A stretch of DNA of 64,000 bases from Veleropilina oligotropha (lineage: Eukaryota): contig JBEUKZ010000065.1 of NCBI GenBank assembly GCA_048128005.1, positions 434,001 to 498,000 on the forward strand, in the 5' to 3' direction. A model generated the notes under the pieces. It was given only the letters and a program-made list of their open reading frames with translations, made no database searches and was not told the origin of the DNA. Shown here piece by piece: positions 13,650 to 26,412 of the stretch. Both the position numbers and the translations under genes were made by a program. The number at the start of each line of letters is the position of its first letter. The stretch's first letter is position 1.

Positions 13650-13905
13650 CCGCTTTGACAGTACAGTGGTATCGGTTGTGGACTCCGAAAATCACTCTCT
13701 TGATTCTGCTGACGAGAACAGTAGTGGGTTCAAACCTCGGCAGGGGCAGCACACATTTGTTCAAATTATGAATCACAGTTGTCCGTAACTGGTCGGAGAG
13801 GGCGGGTTTACCCGGGCGACCGGGTTTTCCTCCCGCGACAATACGGACATGTCCTGCTTTGAACCAAATGATGGTTGGAAATATACAAGACATTAAGCAT
13901 CGATC
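13650..13905 (+). mobile_element. tRNA-derived SINE copy, near full length
   Basis: A-box-like GTGGTATCGGTTG, B-box GGGTTCAAACC, conserved body shared with other copies in the window. Confidence 0.75.
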
Positions 13906-14324
13906 CTTTCCTTTTTATATGGATAAAGCCTATCGCTCTCGATCGAGGCTTTATGTTAGATAACTATCGTGCTGGTAGTGTATTATCTATTACATACAAT
14001 GCTACACTGGTAGCCGTTTTGTTAAGAGCGCAGACTCTGAATTCACTCTCATGATTGCTCTGTCTAACAAGAGTGGGTTTGAACCCTCGGTGGGGCACTC
14101 TATGTTCAGTTAAAAGGCACAGTTGTTCAAAAGTAGACAGTGAGGGCGAGGCTTGCTTCCCTCGATCATATTGACAGGTGTACGTCCTGTAGACAGTAGA
14201 CAGTGAATGCGAGGCTTGCTTCCCTCGATCACATTCACAGGTATACGTCATGTTGTGACCATGAAGATACGGAACATAAGCATCGAACACAAACAAACCG
14301 AACAGCTGCGCGTATTTCCCTCAA

Positions 14325-15103
14325 GACGAGGTGCTGCGACGCGTTCCTATGACGAGATAGGGGGACGCGTTCCTATGACGAGGTAGGGCGACGCATTCGA
14401 ATGACGAGGTAGGGCGACGTGTTCCTATGACGAGGTAGGGCGACGCGTTCGAATGACGAGGTAGGGCGACGCGTTCGTATAACGAAGTACGGGGACGCGT
14501 TCCAATGACGAGGTAATACGACGCGTTCGTATAACGAGGTAGTGGGACACGTTCCTATGACGAGGTAGGGCGACGCGTTCTTATGACGGGGTAGAGCAAC
14601 GCGTTTCTTTGACAAGGTAAGGCGACACGTTTCTTTGACGAGGTATTGTGACGCGTTCCTATGACGAGGTAGGGCGACGCGTTCTTATGACAAGGTAGGG
14701 CGACGCGTTCGTATAACGAGGTAGGGGGACGCGTTCCTATGACGAGGTAGGGCGACGCGTTCTTATGACAGGGTAGAGCGACGCGTTTCTTTGACAAGGT
14801 AGGGCCACACGTTCCTTTGACGAGGTAGGGTGACGCGTTCCTATGACGAGGTAGGGCGACGCGTTCTTATGACGAGGTAGGGTGACGCGTTCGTATAACG
14901 AGGTAGGGGACGCGTTCCTATGACGAGGTAAGGCGACGCGTTCTTATGACAGGGTAGAGCGACGCGTTTCTTTGACAAGGTAGGGCGACACGTTCCTTTG
15001 ACGAGGTAGGGTGACGCGTTCCTATGACGAGGTAGGGCGACGCGTCCTTATGACGAGGTAGGGCTGCACGTTCCTTTGACGAGGTAGGGCGACGCGTTCC
15101 TAT
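14325..15103. repeat. 26-bp minisatellite, about 30 units (GACGAGGTAGGGCGACGCGTTCCTAT)
   Basis: Degenerate tandem units with higher-order variant pattern. Confidence 0.95.
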
Positions 15104-16122
15104 TCTTTAATATGATTACTGGTCTGTTCTGGAAAGCTGTATTAATTGAACTTGATGAGAAATTCACATTTATCGGTCAGTGAAACCTCAAATCTGATTT
15201 CCTCATAACCATTATGGGCATGCAATGTCACCGGATATCCTATCATTTATAGTTTTTGATGTCTCACGTTATAGAGTCTTGTCTCAGAATGACATCTAGG
15301 TCTATTTAGAGCCTTCGGAGACAATATTCTCTGCATACATGAAATCAGATTCTTCTTTCAGTCTAGCGGCCTTACTTTCATGCAATCTCATTATAGGCCT
15401 TTTTAGTTTCATGAAGGTAGACCGATATCCAAGTCACAGCAGAAACGTGTCTGAAATACAGGTAACCAAGGTCAAGGGTACTTGGCAGTTGTGATATATT
15501 TTAAAGCAAAATTCTTATAATAAAATCTGCGCTTTGTTTGTTTTAATAGTATAAGAATACATTAACTATTTTATACATAAGTGGTACGCACTTCGAGAGC
15601 TTGTATTACGTCACGGATAGATATATTATAACGCGTTCCTGATATAATGGATATCCAAGCTTTGTTGCCATAATATGCAACAAGTCAAGATAAAAACGAC
15701 AGATTGTATCAGGAACTTGTTTCCTTGCGAGATATACTGTAGATTTATTGTTGCTGCAAAAATGACGCTAGGTTACAGGTCAACGACTGTCGGGCACATT
15801 GCGTCACAATTAGCTTTGGGCAATCCTGCTAGAGAACCATTTACTCGCATTACAAAGTGTGTTTTCTATCAAATTTGACATTGAATGTTGCTTAGATAAT
15901 TTTACATAAACACATTAAGTATTCCCTATAGCGAGATGCCAGCTGGTCGAGATGAGGTAGCTTTCAGTGAATGCGCGCGCAACAGAATTATCCTCTTAAT
16001 CGACGCTTTATGTTATATATGCTATATATTATAAATTACTAATTCTACTCAATTTTGGTGTTTTTATTATGTCTTGACCTTTTTGTCAAAAAGGACAAGA
16101 CATGATCAAATGGTCCATGTGA

Positions 16123-16212
<90 letters not shown>

Positions 16213-16214
16213 TA

Positions 16215-16246
<32 letters not shown>
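16123..16246. repeat. (TA)n microsatellite
   Basis: Read directly. Confidence 0.95.
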
Positions 16247-16247
<1 letters not shown>

Positions 16248-17239
16248 CGTCGATTTATTTGAAAACTACTTGCTAAATTTCAACAAAATTGGTACACACA
16301 TTCCCAGGAGTGTATATAAATTTCGCGAAACATTATTTCAAAAATATGCATTTATTGGGCACTTTTATGCATATATGCTATATAACGTATGTCAAATATC
16401 TAGTAAATAGCAATGACGTCATTACGATGACGCTTTAGATTAATCGTCATTGAGTGACGTCACAATCGACGGGGTGGTAAGTACGCACACTTCGCCATTG
16501 TGACGTTATAAATGTTCTGAAAATAAAGAAAAGTCAAGACATATTCCGAACGCGTCGTTCTTGTTATGTTACCCCTAGTAACCCGGTTGAAGAGTGGGTG
16601 GTTCCATCTCATGCATACAGACTGCTTGGCCACAGGACTGGTTACGAAATATGTCCAAGACTTAATGGACAAGTCCATAACGGTCAGAACCTGGTGGGTT
16701 TCCCGAGTGTTTGCACTTTTCTAATCATGTTATATGTAGGATATAAATTAACTCTAATCATTAATGTAATTTATTTTTATCGACCACGTCAACAATATTT
16801 TAGTCATAATCCTGTCGATCGCCTTAAAGGTTAAAATTAAAGCTAGATATATTAATAAACAGTGTTCAGTTTTTGTGTATGAGATATATATATACAGGTA
16901 AAAATCAATGTAAATAGAAATTAGCACATACAATTTTTGTCTGCAGATTTGAAATAGTAAATGGATTAAAGTTTATAATTTTAAAATAGATTAACGCAGA
17001 TATAACATTAAAATTGCTAAATATCTCTTGAAGAGAAATGGTCTGGAAAAAAATGACGCATTGGGTCTAAATCAACTTAGTCCAATAATGTTAGATTTGT
17101 AGCACAAGGTATACATTCTGGTGGTGGTTCCCCGGTGGGAGTGAGTGCAGCGAGATTATCCAATTCGCAGTTTGGCTAACCGAACTCTCCATGGCATGTG
17201 AACCTGTAAGAGGGGGGGGGGGGGTATTCGAGTTGTGAC

Positions 17240-17480
17240 ATTGTATACAGTTTATTCCCACACTTGCTAGGTAGTTTGAATGTATTTTTTATATTGTAGT
17301 ATAAATCTGAGTGGAGCATTACAAAATTTGAAGACTGGTTAAAATATAAAGCTGATTTTGCTGCTTTTTTAGATTTTTCATTGCCTTCGATGCCAATATG
17401 GCTTGGTATCCAGCATAAAATGATGTCATTGTTTGTTAAGAGACTATTGCATTTGAGCAAAATATATTGTATAAATACAT
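17240..17480 (-). pseudogene. Decayed LINE RNase H fragment (I/Nimb-like)
   Basis: ORF 17176-17499 contains DIILCWIPSHIGIEGNEKSKKAAKSAL, the canonical WIPSHxGIxGNE motif. Confidence 0.8.
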
Positions 17481-17556
17481 TTATATTCATCCACATCAAT
17501 GCTTGAAGGCTCGAGAGGAAATCTAAATAAATGAAAAAGTGAAAGGAAAGGAAAGA

Positions 17557-17805
17557 ATCGATGCTTAATGTTCTGTATATGTTCTACCATCATTAGGTTC
17601 AAAGCAGGACATGTCCATATTATCGTGGGATGAAAGCCCGGTCATCCGAGGAAACCCGCCCTCTCCGACCAGTTACGGACAACTGTGACTTATAACTTGA
17701 ACAAATAATGACGCGTCTCAACTAAGATTCGAACCAACTACTGTTCGAGTCACCGGAATCAAGCCAGTGATATTTTTCGAGTACGCAACCGAAACCACAC
17801 GACTG
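17557..17805 (-). mobile_element. tRNA-derived SINE copy
   Basis: Reverse complement of the family at 13650 (CTCTCCGACCAGTTACGGACAACTGTGA; GATTCGAACC). Confidence 0.7.
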
Positions 17806-17870
17806 CCGGAGCGGACAAATGCAAAAGTGACTTTTAGCACAGACGAAAATGAAGTCAATTGCTTTTGATT

Positions 17871-18328
17871 CAGAGATGAACACGTGGGCATTCCCTATAG
17901 CGAGTCGCCAGAGATGAACACGTGGGCATTCCCTATAGCGAGTCGCCAGAGATGAACACGTGGGCATTCCCTATAGCGAGTCGCCAGAGATGAACACGTG
18001 GGCATTCCCTATAGCGAGTCGCCAGAGATGAACACGTGGGCATTCCCTATAGCGAGTCGCCAGAGATGAACACGTGGGCATTCCCTATAGCGAGTCGCCA
18101 GAGATGAACACGTGGGCATTCCCTATAGCGAGTCGCCAGAGATGAACACGTGGGCATTCCCTATAGCGAGTCGCCAGAGATGAACACGTGGGCATTCCCT
18201 ATAGCGAGTCGCCAGAGATGAACACGTGGGCATTCCCTATAGCGAGTCGCCAGAGATGAACACGTGGGCATTCCCTATAGCGAGTCGCCAGAGATGAACA
18301 CGTGGGCATTCCCTATAGCGAGTCGCCA
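17871..18328. repeat. 38-bp minisatellite x12 (CAGAGATGAACACGTGGGCATTCCCTATAGCGAGTCGC)
   Basis: Identical abutting units with no spacers. Confidence 0.95.
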
Positions 18329-21300
18329 GTTGATAGAGATCATTAATGTAGATTTCACCAAACAATTTTATTGGCAGCATTCACTAACAAGATAATAACG
18401 AAATGTAACAATATGATGTTTAACAAATGTTTCAAATGGTACGAAATATTGAAACCTTTTCCGGGAGGAATATTCGTAACATAACTTTAGTTACAGGGAG
18501 AAAGAACATTACTAGTATGAAAAGGGGAATATATGAAATATTCGTGACATATTATGTCTTTTTCAATCTAATGCTTGAAATAAAACTAATAAATGAAGAA
18601 ACATGAGTTGAGGCCTAGTGAAATGGCTGACAGTGATAATTATTGTGATTTCATGCATGTTTGATTCAAAACAGGATATTTCTTTTTGGCAGAATCATCA
18701 ATACCACTGACACAATCTACTGACATGTCCTCATCTGGTGGTCGTCAATACCACTGGTCCCATATGCTGACATGTTCTGATAATATCAATACAGCGGTCC
18801 CATCTGAAATTTCCTGATCTTGTGGTGCCATTACACTTGTAGTGAATTATATTGAGCTGCGATTGGTCACCAGATATCGCCATGTTTTGGAACAACAAAT
18901 CAATTTGCCTGACCAAGTCATCGCTGGAATTCCCCACAGGGAAATCTAGAATAACTCAATAGGCTTATCCTAATAATCGAGGCTGGATGTCTATGAGTAA
19001 GATGAGAACAAGTCCAGTATGCACACTATTTAGCCTTTGCTTATTCGACAAATTTGCAAATCTATTATATATACACATTATGTTTAGTAATTTAGGCCAA
19101 ATCATCTCCAAATTATAATTGCGCATTATTTATATACGGTTAAAACTTGATAATGTAAGTATTCTGAAGGATGTGTGCCGAAAAATGAAACTATATGAGG
19201 GACCTGTTTAATAAGTACAAAATCCAAAATATGGTACTATACAATTGTTTGCGTATATCGAAGTCTTATAGTTGCACGATGACACGCCCCTGAGCATACA
19301 GTATTTCTTGTAATTAGCAGGTAAAAAATAATGTCGTTAAGTTGATCAAGACAGACTCATGTTAAATAGCATTGACAAAGAAAGATCTACTCACACGTTA
19401 ATATATACTTTAGATTTCCAAATTAGAACTGTAGTGTTTGAATGAAATCATATGATGTGTTTGGCGATCCGCTGATCTTGTAAAAGAAAACGCATGACAC
19501 TGAAAGTATTATTAGCTGTTTTAGGTTTGAAATAAATAGCAATTATAACACTGCGATTCTGAATTTGTCCTCTTGTGTGTTGATAATTATTTTACTCTTT
19601 TTAAAGACATATTTCTCCAATATTGAAATTCCAGGTCGATTCAGGACAAAGTGATTGGCAGCGATTGAGGTTAGATTAAAGGTCAATACTTCGATATCCG
19701 TACACACCGGAGATTTCCAATATAAGCGAAAGGCTGCGACGAGAATTATTTCACCCAAGCATGCTGTATAAGGCATTCTGACTACATGTTCATCTCGCAA
19801 ACGCAACCAACTGTTTTAAGGTGGCAGATTAATATTTCTAGATAGAAATCCCCATTTCGTATAATTTATAGGCAAATAGTGAACTCTCTATTATGACTGT
19901 CTACTGAGATTCTGAGACAGTTTGATAGCATCAGATGTCACCTAGTTATGCCACAAAACATATTGTATTTGTATTTTGGATAAATGATGGTTATATTATG
20001 ATTTTTTACGATAAATTTATCACATCACCAAAGGCAACTCTATGAGCAATCGGTGTTTGGTTGAACGACCATGCCAGAATAACAGAACCCACCCAACCCA
20101 TTCGACTGATGACAAATCATTTAACGTTTTATAGGCCTATATCATATGTGGTTACTTTTATTAAAAAAATTCAATACTGATAAAAAATTATGCATTATCC
20201 AACATAAGAATGATTCTGTTCTCCACGCTTTTGGACGCCAATACCAGGTGGATCATTGCCGTTTTGTTGGAATTCATATTGTGCATATACCATAAAATGA
20301 GCATAAAATCATATATGATATCAGCCTTTAACACATATGAAACTGATTAAATGCTTCTTTATTCTTTGACATTTATTGGGTGGTATGTTTTCTAAATACG
20401 CGATACCAATTAACAAAAATTGTTGCATAACGCGTGAGTTTACCGTTATCAGTGACGATCAGCTGTGGCACCGTGGTCTGAGAGGCAGGTGCGTTCATGG
20501 TCAATTACTCGCGGACAGATGTCGAGGCCACTTGGGTCCTGCGCCAAGCCCACGTAACCATGTGAGGTCGGCTTCCTTACGTTGATATACACCAGTGTTT
20601 CGGATTAAGTGGCATTTCCGAATTCTGTTGGAATGTTTTCTCGAAGCAGATATGGGAACGACGTTCACGTATTTGTTGACGCGCCTGCAAAGCATTTCAC
20701 GCGCAAGCCAGCGCCTTCTATAAATAATAATACTACTACTAGGAATAACTGGATAGGTCACGACAAACTTATCGCTCAAATAGATTTATGACAAAAAATT
20801 CCATCGTAATTGAACCAATATTTCTATTTATTTGGGAATAGGGAGATAAAATGTTGACAATGAATGTTACTTTCTTCGTCACATTCTTGGGCAAAATATG
20901 AAACATGGTAAATTACGATATAAGAACGCAGATGGTGTTCGATTATAATGGTAAAGGTTTTTCCATTGCTTTTATAATAAATCATTCCGACGACCCCGCA
21001 CATTCCCTGTCCAACTGCTTCTGTTCTTAAATAGCCCTAAACAAATTTCGGTTACTAATAACCAAGACCATTTATTGTCTCTTCCTTTTGTTACGAGATT
21101 GCATGTTGATATATATGCTTAACACTATACTTGCGATTTTCACAGTACGAATGTATTATTTTAACATCAAATATATCAGAAGAAGAGAGCAATGTCCATT
21201 GGTTAGTGCATGAATGGACTTATGGACTGACAATTGCATCTGATGAGAATTATATTATACAATCCTTGCCTGTTTTAAAATGAGCACAATGGTTTATCCA

Positions 21301-22370
21301 TCGAGAAAAGAGATATCCCTGTGCGCAACCAGTGGTTGATTTGAATATTTGAAATGTCGAAGGAATATGTATAAAGCATGTCAAACTCTTTGGCAGCATT
21401 TAGACATTATGGTATTAATATAATTGATCAAACGTAGACCACTTTAACCCATGCAGCTGAATGCCATGGAGCCAAACAAGTAATTTAGCAATAGTTCGCC
21501 ACTCTGTTTCATTGCATTTTACTATTTCTTCAGATCTCATCCAAGAAGAAATTCATGGAATAAAATAAGGCATTTTGTAAAGGAAATACATTTACAAATG
21601 TTCACATAAAGTCCCAAAGACGGTTATATTCGCAAATGACATCGATGCAGAGAAGCAACGTTGATTGGGTATTCGGTCATCCCAAAGAGTTGGAACTTGT
21701 AGATTTGATAACGTTCCAAAGACTTTTGTCAGGGCAAAGCTATTAGTTGCGAATGTGGCACATCTTGTTCGTTTCGTGCATCTGCGAATATCTCCATGTC
21801 GTCGCAGCCGCTGGCGACACGGTAACCATAGGAACCATTAGACAAGATACAGGAGTCTGTCGGTGAAGGTTGGGATAACATCTATGTAGCAGATTTTGCT
21901 TGAAGACAAAGCATATTTATAAAACAAGTCAATGAAGACCCATCACTTTCCGGATCGCTCCCACTACATGTCGTGTTTTTGGCAGATCAGCTGAATTTTA
22001 CCACATAAATACTTTCTTTGAAATGTGTCTATACGCGGATGTATGCTTGTAACGAAGAAATCACTAGTACGAGACCTGTAAAATATAATAGGAAAATAAA
22101 AAACAGACTTTATGGATGAATATAAAAATAATACTGCTAAAGGCTTGATTCATGGTACCTTTGTTGTGGTGTTTGCGAACCATGTTTATAATTACTAGCG
22201 TAAGGCTAGTTATTGAAACATCCAAAGACAATCATTCATTTTTAATTGCTTCAGCATAAAGAACGAAATTTTCGGTTCATATGAGAAAAGTTCCAAATCA
22301 TTGGGGGTCAGGAAGCGTGTGGTGGACTCCATATCATGTCATAGGTCACAAGGAAGATTGACGTTAATTC

Positions 22371-22983
22371 GATATCATATCATGATGGATCAGTAAGACG
22401 TGTTGGACTCTATATCATATCATGATGGATCAGTAAGACGTGTGGACTCGATATCATATCATGATGGGTCAGTAAGTCGTGTTGGACTTGATATCATATC
22501 ATGATGGATCAGTAAGACGTGTTGGACTCGATATCATATCATGATGGATCAGTAAGTCGTGTTGGACTCGATATCATATCATGATGGATCAGTAAGACGT
22601 GTTGGACTCGATATCATATCATGATGGGTCAGTAAGTCATGTTGGACTCGATATCATATCATGATGGATCAGTAAGACGTGTTGGACTCGATATCATATC
22701 ATGATGGATCAGTAAGACGTGTTGGACTCGATATCGTATCATGATGGATCAGTAAGACGTGTTGGACACGATATCATATCATGATGGATCAGTAAGACGT
22801 GTTGGACTCGATATCATATCATGATGGATCAGTAAGACGTGTTGGACTCGATATCATATCATGATGGATCAGTAAGACGTGTTGGACTCGATATCATATC
22901 ATGATGGATCAGTAAGACGTGTTGGACTCGATATCATATCATGATGGATCAGTAAGACGTGTTGGACTCGATATCATATCATG
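22371..22983. repeat. 40-bp minisatellite, about 15 units
   Basis: Unit ATATCATATCATGATGGATCAGTAAGACGTGTTGGACTCG. Confidence 0.95.
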
Positions 22984-23134
22984 TGAATTACCATGAACGC
23001 ATTATCATACCATGAGAGATCATGGGGGTATGTTACAACGCTAGCTCACGCTGATAACATAAAGGGTATGATTGGTTCATGCTGATATCATTAACTCAAA
23101 CGGATATCAGACGATCGGTATGGTTTGACTCCCG

Positions 23135-23490
23135 ATGATATCATGATGACCATGGTTGACTCACGCAGATATCATGATCAGTAAGGTTGACTCGAGCAGA
23201 TATCATGATTAGTAAGGTTGACTCGAGCAGATATCATGATGAGTAAGGTTGACTCGAGCAGATATCATGATGAGTAAGGTCGACTCGAGCAAATATCATG
23301 ATGAGTAAGGTTGACTCACGCAGATATCGTGATGACCATGGTTGACTCACGCAGATATCATGATGAGTAAGGTTGACTCACGCAGATATCATGATGAGTA
23401 AGGTTGACTCGAGCAGATATCATGATGAGTAAGGTTGACTCGAGCAGATATCATGATGAGTAAGGTTGACTCGAGCAGAATTCATGATGG
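23135..23490. repeat. 31-bp minisatellite, about 11 units
   Basis: Unit GATATCATGATGAGTAAGGTTGACTCGAGCA. Confidence 0.9.
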
Positions 23491-24587
23491 GTTACCTGAT
23501 AACACGAAAAACATTGCATTCAAATTGAGTTCATTATTTTCCAAAGCGATTGAGAGCACATCTTAGTCTCTCACTGATAATAACTGTAACAGATATTAAT
23601 TTATGATGTTGTTATTTCTCCATGGTGTGTCTTGTCATTGCATTCATGTTGACGTTCCCTGGCTGGTACACCAGAAAACACTTGTACGTGTCCATGTATC
23701 GCACAATAGAGTGATTGCATGCTGAATAGCGTAATCTTTATCGCTCACGTCAGCGATCTAGGGAATTGTCAACAATCATTGGATGATCAACTAAGTCTGC
23801 TAGATCCCATTCGGTCAGTCGTGCAAACCTTCCACACCATATATATTAAAGTGATATACAGTGAAGCCAAATTCCGCTTTCGTATAAATGTATCCAAATC
23901 ATGTCTTCCAAAACCTATTGTGCGCGGAGTAGCAACCTCTAACGTTGTTGCAGTAGTTGATGTTGTGAAGAGCACTGCTCCGCGCAACCCGTCGATATCT
24001 CGTTATATTGGGGATTACCGTGGACGAGAACTGTAATCGCACGGATGTCCGTGACCCAGGGCGATGCCCGCGGGATTTCACAGACGCCATTAATCAATTA
24101 TTTTAATTCTATTTTCAACACGTGAATAGGCCTACTGTTAATTCTAAGCAAGACAATCTAATTAACGAACATCGTGTTGACATATACTACTCGCTCACCA
24201 TCTACCGCGTGATTCATCAAGAATATTGACTCGAGGGAGGTTGTTAGCCCTGGTTAATGATGCCAAAATAATATAGTGAATATCTCTGATATAGCAACAT
24301 ATCTGGTTCAATATGTATAACCAGACAGTGCTGTTCTTTTTTCTACTATGCTGTATTATGTCACTGTATACCGTGTAGCCACTGCTTGATTACATATATA
24401 CTGGTGACGTCGTGGTTAGTTAATATTTCCATGTTTATATATGATTCTGAGATGTCCAGCTCTGTATCCATATGTCATCCAGCAGTGAGAGCTTTCAGTC
24501 TTCTGTGAAAGCGAGGGCCGCGGTGGTGGTCTTCTTCTTTACCACCCTTTGTTTTTCGGTTTCCACTTCGATACTGCCCTACCGGTA

Positions 24588-24831
24588 ACCGAGTGGATAA
24601 GAGTGCGCTCCTAAATCCACTCGAATCCTCGGCGGGGCCTCTTCAGTTACCGAGTGGATAAGAGTGCACTCCTAAATCCACTCGAATCCTCGGCGGGACC
24701 TCTTCAGTTACCGAGTGGATAAGAGTGCGCTCCTAAATCCACTCGAATCCTCGGCGGGACCTCTTCAGTTACCGAGTGGATAAGAGTGCGCTCCTAAATC
24801 CACTCGAATCCTCGGCGGGACCTCTTCAGTT
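24588..24831 (+). repeat. 61-bp tandem repeat x4 with tRNA/SINE-head-like boxes
   Basis: Unit ACCGAGTGGATAAGAGTGCGCTCCTAAATCCACTCGAATCCTCGGCGGGACCTCTTCAGTT. Confidence 0.85.
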
Positions 24832-25042
24832 AACAGTCGCAGCTGTCCATAACCGACGGGCGAAAACATGTTGACCTGTTACGACTAGGATTTCTTCGTA
24901 ATATTATGAACAAGCCCTGGTATGAACATAAACGTTGTTAAAAACATGACATCAACCATCCATTCGATCCAACTCAAACCAACACTCTTCGAGTAGGTGG
25001 AGTATATGTCACTGGTTCTTCGTTACGTCAAATTATACCATT

Positions 25043-25748
25043 GAACAATATGCGTGCCAGTGCCTATGATCCGGAACAATATGCGTACCAGTGCCTATGA
25101 TCCGGAACAATATGCGTGCCAGTGCTTATGATCCGGAACAATATGCGTGCCAGTGCTTATGATCCTGAACAATATGCGTGCCAGTGCCTATGATCCGGAA
25201 CAATATGCCGCCAGTGCTTATGATCCTGAACAATATGCGTGTCAGTGCTTATGATCCTGAACAATATGCGTGTCAGTGCTTATGATCCTGAACAATATGC
25301 CGCCAGTGCTTATGATCCTGAACAATATGCGTGTCAGTGCTTATGGTCCTGAACAATATGCGTGTCAGTGCTTATGATCCTGAACAATATGCATGTCAAT
25401 GCTTATGATCCTGAACAATATGCCGCCAGTGCTTATGATCCTGAACAATATGCGTGTCAGTGCTTATGATCCTGAACAATATGCCGCCAGTGCTTATGAT
25501 CCTGAACAATATGCGTGTCAGTGCTTATGATCCTGAACAATATACGTGTCAGTGCTTATGATCCTGAACAATATGCGTGCCAGTGCTTATGATCCTGGAC
25601 AATATTCCGCCAGTGCTTATGATCCTGAACAATATGCGTGCCAGTGCTTATGATCCTGAACAATATGCCGCCAGTGCTTATGATCCTGAACAATATGTCG
25701 CCAGTGCTTATGATCCTGAACAATATGCGTGCCAGTGCTTATGATCCT
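25043..25748. repeat. 29-31-bp minisatellite, about 23 units
   Basis: Unit GAACAATATGCGTGCCAGTGCTTATGATCCT. Confidence 0.95.
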
Positions 25749-26277
25749 TCGATGTCACTACAAATGATGCGTTTTTACAAATGATGCGATCTTTTTCTGC
25801 CGAAGTGTATCGTACTTGCTTATCAAGATGTCCATTCCAAAAGTTGAAAGTCAGTGAAATATATTTGCAAATAATGGATATCCATCACTTTCAGAAAAAA
25901 ATATTGGACCGTAATCACCAATCGACATTAATCACGCAAGGAATTGATCGGAGAGCCAGCAGATCTTTCATTTCACTTGGCACGTTCCTTAACGTTCATT
26001 ATCTTGATTTCGCCGCGAATCCCCTGTTCTTATTGGCTGACATCATTTTGTTAATCGACCGTGAACCACGGCCAGCCGTGGTTCATGGATCCTTGCACCA
26101 CGGTGACGTCATTTCGCCGCGAATCTTCTGTGCTGATTGGTTAACTGGCCGTCAAGGGAAATAACTCGGCCTTACTGAAACCGTCGATTGCTTTGCAAAT
26201 GGCTGCTATGATCATAAATAACAAGTGATATGAACCAAATCGGGACCCTTTTAATCAAGGTAAAATCAAGATAAATA

Positions 26278-26412
26278 TGTTGTCGAACAACGTCTTGGTA
26301 AACACGTTGGATTGAATACCTCATAACGTTAAACCACTCGGTTAACGCCTCTTGGTTTAACTTTATTCGGTATTCAAATCCACCGTGTTTACCGCGACGT
26401 CGTCCGACAACT
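26278..26412. repeat. Imperfect long hairpin, likely part of a non-autonomous DNA element
   Basis: TTGTCG...GGTAAACACG..GGATT.GAATACC arm mirrored by GGTATTCAAATCC..CGTGTTTACC...CGACAA. Confidence 0.6.

Noticed and set aside
17871..18328. Regular 26-40-bp repeats here and at 10421, 14325, 22371 and 25043 as CRISPR arrays
   Set aside because: Units abut with no unique spacers, there are no cas genes, and the context is eukaryotic; they are minisatellites.
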